Shown: one piece after another, positions 45,083 to 53,262 of the stretch
Position numbering within the stretch: position 1 is the stretch's first letter
Layout of the letters: each line of letters begins with the position of its first letter
DNA from: an uncultured Rhizobiaceae bacterium
GTDB lineage: Bacteria > Pseudomonadota > Alphaproteobacteria > UBA828
DNA: 64,000 nt
Assembly: GCA_964429775.1 (NCBI GenBank)
Contig: CAYSDJ010000002.1
Coordinates: 60,859 to 124,858, forward strand
Reading direction: 5' to 3'
Translations under genes and position numbers: made by a program
Notes under the pieces: model-generated
What the model saw: only the letters and a program-made list of their open reading frames with translations
The model's database searches: none
Told to the model about the DNA's origin: nothing

Positions 45083-46624
45083 CTATTTGAGCAGTACGGA
45101 AATATACTGGAGGAGCGATTCGCGCTCCACCGTGCGGCGATTGCCGATGATCTGAACTTCGAGCGCGGCCGCCGCACCGCCCACGAATGCGGAAAGCTTG
45201 GGCGCCAGTCCCGAAGCCAAACAGATTGACGCCAGCGCCAGAAAAGCATCGCCGGCGCCGACACGATCCACCACCTTCGACGCCAGCGCCGGCACGTGAT
45301 GCGGCTCGCTTAAATCCTTGTGAATTGCCAGCAGGCCCTTCGCCCCTTGGGTAATGGCGATGCCATCGGCGCCGAGTTCGGACATGATTTGCCGCGCCAG
45401 CAGATCCGTCGGGTCATGGCGATTGTGACTTGCCAGCCATAATTCGGGCTCATTGAGGCAGATGAAATTCGCACGTGGATATCTGGTGACCACGTGATAG
45501 CCGCGATTGCCGCTATTGACCTGGGTGTTGACGGCGAGAAACGGGCTGCGGCCGCATATCACGTCGATCATGCGCGCGGTTATCATGCCATTGCCGTAAT
45601 CCGGCACGATCACCGCATCAAAGCGCGCAAGATTTTCCTGCAACCAGGTACAAACTTCGTCCTCTTCGCTGGCGGACACTTGCGGCTCTTCTTCAAAATA
45701 ATAGACCTCGAACAATTTCGCCAGGCTATCGGAATCAACGAAGCGTTCCTTGACGATGGTTTGCGCCTGGCTGAATTTGACCAAGTGCGGCGTGACATTT
45801 TCACGCAGATTCTCGCCGATAAATTTTTCATCGTCCGTGCCCTGGGCGCCCTTGCCGCCAAGTGCCGTCAGCAAGGTTGTTTGCTTGACGAAGGCGGCGG
45901 CATGGTTGGCAACAGCCAAGGAACCACCGGCATAATCCTCGGAATATTTGTGGCGCACGGAAAGGGCCGAGCTTTTGCCGCTTTGCCCAAGCGGCGAGGC
46001 GAAGGTGTAGCGGTCGATAATCGCTTCACCGATGACCAGGACATTGCAATTCGCCAAGCGCTCAAGTTCACGCGAAATATGGTCGAAATCATGCTCGTCG
46101 CGCCGGCCCTGCAGGTAGCGGTCGGTTTCTTCGGAAAAGATGCCGAAATGGCGGTTGAGAATATTGCTTGAGCTGAAGGTCAGCTCGTCGGTGAAATGAA
46201 TGCGCCCGCCATGGGCCTCAACGGCGCGCTGCTCATCGACGATCTTGCCGGAGATATCGTCTTCCGCATCGCGGTAATCACTGCCTTTGGCGTACACGTT
46301 GGGTTTAATTTGTTCAATGACCACTTCGGAGGTGTCGGCATGGTTGATCGCCACATAGTCGACACAGGCGAGCGCCGCCAGGGCCTCCGCCCGCAATATA
46401 TCGGTGAATACCGGGCGACCCGGTCCTTTGCGGGAAAAGGCATCCGCCGTCACCGTGACGATAAGAATATCGCCCTCGAGTTTTGCTCTTTGGAGATGGC
46501 GCACATGACCGAGGTGGATAAGGTCGAACATGCCATGACACAGAACGATCGTCCGACCGTCCTTGCGTAGGCGTTCGGCGACTGCAGCCAGGGCGTCGAG
46601 GCTGAGTAAATTATCCGTGGACAT
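45083..46624 (-). CDS. Bifunctional cytidylyl/adenylyltransferase (N-terminal) + PfkB-family sugar kinase (C-terminal). HldE/RfaE-like but with the domain order reversed.
   Basis: N-terminal HxGH-type nucleotidyltransferase motif CHGMFDLIHLGHVRHLQRAK..LIVTVTAD. C-terminal PfkB signature VDRVGAGDAFLA. Start at internal ATG 46624 (MSTDNLL). Confidence 0.75.
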   Translation of the reverse strand: MSTDNLLSLDALAAVAERLRKDGRTIVLCHGMFDLIHLGHVRHLQRAKLEGDILIVTVTADAFSRKGPGRPVFTDILRAEALAALACVDYVAINHADTSEVVIEQIKPNVYAKGSDYRDAEDDISGKIVDEQRAVEAHGGRIHFTDELTFSSSNILNRHFGIFSEETDRYLQGRRDEHDFDHISRELERLANCNVLVIGEAIIDRYTFASPLGQSGKSSALSVRHKYSEDYAGGSLAVANHAAAFVKQTTLLTALGGKGAQGTDDEKFIGENLRENVTPHLVKFSQAQTIVKERFVDSDSLAKLFEVYYFEEEPQVSASEEDEVCTWLQENLARFDAVIVPDYGNGMITARMIDVICGRSPFLAVNTQVNSGNRGYHVVTRYPRANFICLNEPELWLASHNRHDPTDLLARQIMSELGADGIAITQGAKGLLAIHKDLSEPHHVPALASKVVDRVGAGDAFLALASICLASGLAPKLSAFVGGAAAALEVQIIGNRRTVERESLLQYISVLLK

Positions 46625-46686
46625 TATTTTGGCTTGCGCCCGATAACTTGGTTCGTCCCTGAATGGCACTGGCGGGCATAGCGACC

Positions 46687-47934
46687 TTAAGCACGCAGTG
46701 AATCCAATTCGCGCCAAATATCCTTGGGGGAAAACAATGACGAATATGTGATTCTCTGACTGCTTAAACCAGTCATCCGCCGCACCACCGCCTCTTCATT
46801 TTCATTGTTCACCGCCAACAAGCATGTAATCGGTGCCGAATATTCAGAAACTGTTTTGGGATCGTGTATGGCAAGACCGCTTCCCGGCATATATTTACCC
46901 TGCTTTTCGGGTTGATCGTCAAACGCCACATCAATGCTGTTTTCAAGTCCCAACGCATTAACTGTCATAACGCCGCGAGCGCCGACGCCAAACAATATCA
47001 CCGTTTCTCCGGCCCGCTTGCGAGCGGACAAGACATCGCGGAGCTGTGCTGCGTAAGCCTTCATTTTGCCGCTATAGTCGTTCTGAGAATATGCAGAAAT
47101 ATCGGCGAGGCCTGCCGCCTCCCGGTCAAATTGCCGCGCGTTGTTATTAATTCTCGGTAATTGTCGCGCAATTATGGACAGCGATTCTCCTGTGAAAAGG
47201 TATCGTTTGAGCGCAACAATTTCATAGCCATACCCGAGCAACATGGCTCGCATTGTATTCTCATCAAAATAGTTCAAATGCTCCTCCCAAAGAACAGAAG
47301 CATCACCCATTTCTATCGCCGTGCCACAGTCAGGCGCGTCCAGCATCAAATAGCCACCAGGTTTAAGGACAATATCAATGCAGGAAAAAAAATTCCGCAA
47401 ATCAGCAATATGTTCTATGACATGGCGGGAAATAACATTGTCAAAAAATCCATATTTCTGGACCGCATCTTTGCAGATTCCTGGCCGCAACCAGTCTTCA
47501 TATACGGTGAACCCTTTGTCGCGCGCAATTTTTCCAGACAAAGGATTGGGCTCCACTCCAACGCAGCTCTGAAAGCCATGTTGAATTAGCACTTCCATAA
47601 ACGTGCCATCATTACAGCCGATTTCAAATACGCTTTTGCCAGTTTTTTGGTTTATTATCATGTTCACCTGATCGTTCCGGTGCGGTTCAGGTTTCCATGA
47701 TGTAAAACAGTAATTATAGTCTCGGTATAGAATATTTTCGGGAATGGGGTTTGAGATTTGCCGTAGACCACACGTCATGCATCTATGCACTGTATAATGG
47801 TACGTTTCCTCGGATAGCGCTGTATTCTCAACATATCGGTGCGCTATAGGCTGCTCTCCTAAATCGATTACCAGGCTTATTTTATCGCTTTTGCACAGGC
47901 GACATATCTGGTTATTGTTACTATGTTTGGGCAT
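46687..47934 (-). CDS. NDP-sugar C-methyltransferase-like (Zn-ribbon + class I SAM MTase + C-terminal domain, TylCIII/EryBIII architecture)
   Basis: N-terminal CRLCKSDKISLVIDLGEQPIAHRY plus CMTCGL (Zn-ribbon pattern), SAM motif VFEIGCNDGTF. 415 aa. Confidence 0.65.
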   Translation of the reverse strand: MPKHSNNNQICRLCKSDKISLVIDLGEQPIAHRYVENTALSEETYHYTVHRCMTCGLRQISNPIPENILYRDYNYCFTSWKPEPHRNDQVNMIINQKTGKSVFEIGCNDGTFMEVLIQHGFQSCVGVEPNPLSGKIARDKGFTVYEDWLRPGICKDAVQKYGFFDNVISRHVIEHIADLRNFFSCIDIVLKPGGYLMLDAPDCGTAIEMGDASVLWEEHLNYFDENTMRAMLLGYGYEIVALKRYLFTGESLSIIARQLPRINNNARQFDREAAGLADISAYSQNDYSGKMKAYAAQLRDVLSARKRAGETVILFGVGARGVMTVNALGLENSIDVAFDDQPEKQGKYMPGSGLAIHDPKTVSEYSAPITCLLAVNNENEEAVVRRMTGLSSQRITYSSLFSPKDIWRELDSLRA

Positions 47935-47939
47935 TTTGA

Positions 47940-49981
47940 TCGTATCGCTATCTACACATTCAATATCTTTGTAGCGAATTCACGTGCAGTATCTCGATGA
48001 GACACTAATATTATTATCATGTCTGGGTATGTTCTTCGAATATTATTAAATATTTTTTTCTCCGTATCGGTATCGATATTTGAAGTTGCTTCATCCAAAA
48101 GAAGTATTTTTGGTTTTCGTAGGAGTGCGCGTGCCAGTGATATCCTCTGTTTCTGACCAGCAGAAATTCCTTCTCCCCCTTCTTTTAATGTATAGGATAA
48201 ATCTCCCGATAAGCTATGAATAAAATCACAGGAAGCTAATTCCAACACCTTCTCGACATCTCCATTTTTTCTATTCGCTTTGCTTTGCCCCAATCGAATG
48301 TTTTCTTCAATCGTTGCATCAAATAAAAATGGATCGGAACCAGAGTAAGAAATATACGGTCTAAATGACTTTTGATCTACATCTTCTATTTTTATTTCAT
48401 TCCAAAGTACTTTACCTTTAATAGGTCGCAATAGACCGATAATTGTATAAATAAAAGTAGTTTTTCCCGCACCGGATTCTCCAGATATTAGAAGCATATC
48501 TCCTTGATTCAGTTTTATATTAATGTTCTTGAGTATTTCCTTTTCACGCCCAACGCTGAGATTCTCAGCAGAAAATGACATTGGTTCCGAAATATTAATA
48601 TTCTTACCACTATCAATAACTTTCCTATCCCGTAGCATAATTTTATTGTACGCGACCAAATCTAAGAATGCCGGTTTGCTTATTTGATATTTTCCATAGC
48701 TTCCAGTTATGTCGCTTATAGAAGAAGCAATTCTACTTAGTAAGAAAATAAACGGCACAAGAGTTGGCGGAGAAACAATTTTCTCTTCTGAATTAACTAC
48801 AACCATTAAGACAACTACAAAAATTGCCAACAGATTCGGCCACACCATATTCACAAAATAAATATTATGGAATTTCATCAAAAATTTGTGTATTTGCGCA
48901 TTATTTTGATTTAATATATTTTTCTCATCTGTAATTTTTCCACTTAGCTTTAGCAACAATACATTACGAATATTTCGAATTAAATTTTGGGTGTAACTGG
49001 CGGTCTCGTTAAATGCTGTTTTCGACAATCGAACATAATGCTTTCTAAATATTATCGTCGGAAAGCCAAAAGCAATAATTGCCGAGATCGCAATTAAGCT
49101 TAACTCTGTTGATAAAGAAAATAATCCAGCCAGAAGAACAAATAACCTAACAGTCGCTATTAGAAAGGTGGATATAGCATTTATATGACTTCCTACGCTA
49201 CTGACTAAATTTGTCATTATATGACTAACATTGGCAACAGATATTTCAGAAACGTCTCCTTCTTCTCTGAGTGTTTCGTCGTTAACGAGCTGACGCATAC
49301 GCATCATAAATAATTGTCTGGCATAATTTGGGAAGTAAAATGAGAAAAACCTTAAGAACGCCAAAATAACGGCTACAGCTAGAATATATATGAGTGGGTT
49401 AACAGTTACCGGTAGTAATTCTGAATATTCTTCATTGCGTTTTAGAAGATCATAAGATGAAAGAAATTTCTCGAGGCCCAACCCGAATAATATCTCTGAA
49501 GCCCCCAGTCCTATGCCAGTTACAACACCAATAACGCAAATCACGGCAACGCGCTTGCCAGATAGCTGCACGATGTTATTCGTATAGATGATTAAATTAT
49601 TGAACACAGTCATTAGGAGATTTTGTTCACATTAAACTATTGCGGTAAAAAATTTTAAAACATGATATGCTGAACATGCTCAGAGAACAAAGAGAACCTT
49701 GATAATTTCTTATTATGTGTACACATACCATTACGCTGCGCCGGTGATTAATTAGACTATTTCTCCACGCTACCGCACTTTCGGGTGAAATTGGTCAAAT
49801 GTACCTACCCGAAAAATCATTAACGCCGGGCCCAACTATATAGTCGAACAAGTAATTAATGCGCGCCGGCTTTTTGCGCAACGTCTTAATATTCTATACT
49901 TTAACGAAACAAACTGTAATTTGAATGCGGTATATTATGTGCCTGTCTGTAAGTTATTTCGCGATCGTTTTAGCAGTTGAA
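47940..49981. other. Second strongly AT-rich segment (ABC exporter plus 368-bp upstream spacer)
   Basis: Composition is visibly AT-rich relative to neighbours. The adjacent genes 46687-47934 and 49982-53000 are intermediate. Confidence 0.6.
47952..49613 (-). CDS. Fused TMD-NBD ABC exporter (MsbA/PglK-like)
   Basis: N-terminal six-helix-like hydrophobic domain. Walker A GESGAGKTT, signature LSAGQKQRISLARAL, Walker B ILLLDEATSNID. Strongly AT-rich. Confidence 0.85.
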   Translation of the reverse strand: MTVFNNLIIYTNNIVQLSGKRVAVICVIGVVTGIGLGASEILFGLGLEKFLSSYDLLKRNEEYSELLPVTVNPLIYILAVAVILAFLRFFSFYFPNYARQLFMMRMRQLVNDETLREEGDVSEISVANVSHIMTNLVSSVGSHINAISTFLIATVRLFVLLAGLFSLSTELSLIAISAIIAFGFPTIIFRKHYVRLSKTAFNETASYTQNLIRNIRNVLLLKLSGKITDEKNILNQNNAQIHKFLMKFHNIYFVNMVWPNLLAIFVVVLMVVVNSEEKIVSPPTLVPFIFLLSRIASSISDITGSYGKYQISKPAFLDLVAYNKIMLRDRKVIDSGKNINISEPMSFSAENLSVGREKEILKNINIKLNQGDMLLISGESGAGKTTFIYTIIGLLRPIKGKVLWNEIKIEDVDQKSFRPYISYSGSDPFLFDATIEENIRLGQSKANRKNGDVEKVLELASCDFIHSLSGDLSYTLKEGGEGISAGQKQRISLARALLRKPKILLLDEATSNIDTDTEKKIFNNIRRTYPDMIIILVSHRDTAREFATKILNV

Positions 49982-50920
49982 CTACCTTACTTGACCATAC
50001 CGAAATCTATTACAGTCAAACCGAGGCAAGGCCTGCCGTCGTTGAGATAAATCTTCTGCCGTAATATTTCTTGGCTCTACCTTAAATGAAAATGAGCAAC
50101 CGGCCTCTTCCAACAGCCGCTCACTCTCTGAGTTAAATGAATCACTACCCCCATAAGGAAAACAGAAGGTACGAAATTTTAATCCCCCCGTCACCTTATC
50201 TAGAAAATCAAACGAACTCTGAATCTCGCGCGCCTGATCCGCAACGGAAAGCTGACTAAACATGCGATGACTAACAGCGTGACTTCCAATGATCATTCCA
50301 CTCTCTTGGAGAGAGTTTATTTGTTTGGAAGATACATAAAAATTCTCAGCCTCAGAGCGTGTACCGTTAAAATATTTATGCATTAACCGGTCAATGATTT
50401 CTCCACCATATTCCTGCGATACAAAATAATTCAGTATGAGTTTTACTTCTGCAGCATTCGCCTCATTGTCCTGCCGATCAAAAGCGAGGCTGCGAAATTC
50501 TTCAATGTGGCTCTGGCTCAACATTTCCGGAGAGAGGATATTATTCAGACTTGCAAGAATAGCGTCTCCTCCGAACGCTCCCAACAGCAGGTGCAGACGG
50601 TGCACATCGAGTAAGGTCCCGTTCTGATACATTCCGGTAGGAATATAAAAAATACCCCACAGGCCTCGCTTGCGCAGTTCTGGTAAGACATAGTCGAAGT
50701 GATCCGCGAATGCGTCATCGAATGTAAGAACAACTCCCGATCCCGCAGGTTCACCTGATTCCAAGGCGTGTAAAAATTCTTCCCGCGAGACAAAACCGTG
50801 CTCTCGCTCAAACAAATCCAATTGGCTTCGAAAATCATCTAAATGCAAATATCGAAAATATGGCAATCCCTTAGGCTCGGGCCGCACATAGTGATACATG
50901 ATCGCCTTCATTGGACGCAT
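49982..50920 (-). CDS. Polysaccharide deacetylase (CE4/NodB-like, ArnD-like) family protein
   Basis: AIMYHYV.. and VVLTFDDAFADHFDYVLPELRKRGLWGIFYIPTG motifs. 312 aa. Overlaps the formyltransferase gene by 13 nt. Confidence 0.75.
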   Translation of the reverse strand: MRPMKAIMYHYVRPEPKGLPYFRYLHLDDFRSQLDLFEREHGFVSREEFLHALESGEPAGSGVVLTFDDAFADHFDYVLPELRKRGLWGIFYIPTGMYQNGTLLDVHRLHLLLGAFGGDAILASLNNILSPEMLSQSHIEEFRSLAFDRQDNEANAAEVKLILNYFVSQEYGGEIIDRLMHKYFNGTRSEAENFYVSSKQINSLQESGMIIGSHAVSHRMFSQLSVADQAREIQSSFDFLDKVTGGLKFRTFCFPYGGSDSFNSESERLLEEAGCSFSFKVEPRNITAEDLSQRRQALPRFDCNRFRYGQVR

Positions 50921-51747
50921 TCCATTAAGGCATCAACAGGTTGAATTACAGGATTTTCAATAATAGGCACAGCTTTACATCGTTCCCGTTTTTGGCTGAT
51001 ATACTTATCAATCATTCCAGACAAAAAATTTTCCCGTAATACCTGAACCGAGTGTTCGCTATAATTAGCGCGGCGATAGTAGCGGGTTTCCGATGGCACG
51101 GGTAATTGCTCCATCGATTTTAACAACCCAAATTTTTGAATAATCTCACCATATACAAGCGCAATATCGCAGATAAGCCGGTTGCCAATCTGATGGGGAG
51201 AATCTCCGGTATGAATACGCGCCCGTATCTGGTGAATCACCTCACCTGTATCAACGCCCTCATCCATATACATAAATGTTGCACCGACATATTCAGGGGC
51301 GTCATTCACAAGTGGCCAATAATTCGTTGCACTACCGCGGTAATATGGCGACAGGCCGAGATGAACATTGAGGACACGTCTGCGATATGCCTTCAATAAC
51401 GGAGCTTTAATAAGCGAACAGCCATAGGCGACGATGAGGTCGGGACAAAGCGATTTGATTTCGTCCACATAGCGCACCTCGTTTACTTCCCCTTTAAGAA
51501 GACGCTTCGGGTTGCTTCGATCCTCGGCAAAGCCACAAAACGCGGCAAAAAAATCATGCTCGGATTGCTCCCGCATTTGCAAGTGAGCTAAGCGGCCACT
51601 ATTGCCCCCCGGCTGCTCTCGAACAAATGTCTCCAAATTCACATCCTCGCAATAGCTGCGTTGCACATGAACCCCTGGCGTAAGCGCAAGCATCTTCCGT
51701 ACAAAATCGTGACGAAGCTCCGCCCCTGTCAGGATCACAATATTCAA
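50908..51747 (-). CDS. Formyltransferase-family protein (Fmt/ArnA N-domain-like)
   Basis: ..DLIVAYGCSLIKAPLLKAYRRRVLNVHLGLSPYYRGSATNYWPL.. corresponds to the formyl_trans_N catalytic N..H..RG region. 279 aa. Confidence 0.7.
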   Translation of the reverse strand: MNIVILTGAELRHDFVRKMLALTPGVHVQRSYCEDVNLETFVREQPGGNSGRLAHLQMREQSEHDFFAAFCGFAEDRSNPKRLLKGEVNEVRYVDEIKSLCPDLIVAYGCSLIKAPLLKAYRRRVLNVHLGLSPYYRGSATNYWPLVNDAPEYVGATFMYMDEGVDTGEVIHQIRARIHTGDSPHQIGNRLICDIALVYGEIIQKFGLLKSMEQLPVPSETRYYRRANYSEHSVQVLRENFLSGMIDKYISQKRERCKAVPIIENPVIQPVDALMECVQ

Positions 51748-51895
51748 ACTAATTCGAATCCTGCCAACATCTTGAAGTTCTTATAACATCTGATATTCGG
51801 GAGACAACTTCGAAGTCCCGCGAATTGAAGTCATCATTTCGAATGCCGTCCGCCGTCAACCGTGCCGGCCCTTCCATCGACGCTCCCATACCACC

Positions 51896-52993
51896 CTACC
51901 TCGCCATGCGAGACAATCGCCTTGTTGCGACGACATTCTTAAGAAACGTCACCATCAGAACCAACGCGCCGCCGAGTGCAAACCCTACGATTGCACCTAA
52001 TACAAGACGAACCAATATATTCGGGCTGGAAGCGCGATCGGAAACAACTGGTGATTGAATAATTTCAGCGATATGCGGAGCGCCCGATTGCAATTCGAGA
52101 ATTTTTTTCTCCTGCCCGGCAAGTACAAATATTAGCGAATCGCGGTACTCGCTGATGGTGATTGTTGCTAGTTTGTTTCGGACATAGGTCAGCATATTCG
52201 AAACGCGCTCTAACTCTTGCGCGTGTAGCTCGTCCTCCGCCTCCTGATAAATATTCTGTAAAAATTCCAACGCAAATTCAGCATTAGGGTGCTGATATTG
52301 AATTTTGTACATATCGTTATAATTTTGAAGTTCAATGACGGAGATATTCCCAGCCACATAGGCGGCCAATTGATGCGCAGTTGGCGGTGACCATTCCCCA
52401 ATAGGCGCAAATCCACGGAAATAATCATCCAAATCGGCGCGCCATCCCACGGGAGCTTTCCAGCTTTGTGTCGCCTCGTTCCACTGCCCCGCATATACTC
52501 GTTTCACATAGTCATATTTTCTGTCCAGCTTTTCGGCGAATTGCACGGAACCAAGAAGAACAGCGAAATGGTCAAACGTGGATGAGCTATCATCCTTGAT
52601 GGCGACGCCGAAGCCTTGCGCCAAATTGCTCAATTGGTTGGGTATCTGCAACCCCCCGGACTTTGACTGAGCCTCGCGCACCAGCATATGGGCGGTGAAA
52701 GTCGGAGCGAAATTCTTCAAAGAGTAGCCGGCGTACACAACCGACAAAATCATCACAATTAGAATAATCCACCAGCCGCGCAGAATAACCCAGGTCAGTC
52801 GATAGATATCCGGATCGATGGCACCCAGGCGCCCGGATCCAGACTTATCATCCACCTCCCGTGTCAATACGGCTGCATCACCAGAATCGGTTGCCACCAA
52901 AGGCTCGGAATCGGGTATCGCATCTGACAGCTGCCCCGTCCTTGACGGCTCTGACGCCTCAATTCCGCTTTTTCTGCTCTGCTCATCACTCAT
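51896..52993 (-). CDS. Polysaccharide co-polymerase / chain-length determinant (Wzz-like, no kinase domain)
   Basis: Two TM helices (WWIILIVMILSVVYAGY near the N-terminus, LVLGAIVGFALGGALVLMVTF at the C-terminus) flank a coiled-coil-rich periplasmic region. No Walker motifs. Confidence 0.6.
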   Translation of the reverse strand: MSDEQSRKSGIEASEPSRTGQLSDAIPDSEPLVATDSGDAAVLTREVDDKSGSGRLGAIDPDIYRLTWVILRGWWIILIVMILSVVYAGYSLKNFAPTFTAHMLVREAQSKSGGLQIPNQLSNLAQGFGVAIKDDSSSTFDHFAVLLGSVQFAEKLDRKYDYVKRVYAGQWNEATQSWKAPVGWRADLDDYFRGFAPIGEWSPPTAHQLAAYVAGNISVIELQNYNDMYKIQYQHPNAEFALEFLQNIYQEAEDELHAQELERVSNMLTYVRNKLATITISEYRDSLIFVLAGQEKKILELQSGAPHIAEIIQSPVVSDRASSPNILVRLVLGAIVGFALGGALVLMVTFLKNVVATRRLSRMAR

Positions 52994-53262
52994 TGCTTAA
53001 TATATCGAATAATCAGGATCGAACCCTTTGTTTTTCACATCTAGACGCCCCAGGAAGACAGTGGAATAAACATGCTTTCACATTAAAATACAACATAGTA
53101 GAGGCTGGTGCGCGCCGCCAAAAAGATATAACGAAACCCACGAAGATAGCAAAGACATTGGCCCTCCCAAGAAGCCAACCGCAGAGCCACCCGCCACAAC
53201 CATCAGCCATCAAAAACTCATTGCCGGGATCGCCGATAGGCGGCAGCGCACAAAATTATTCA

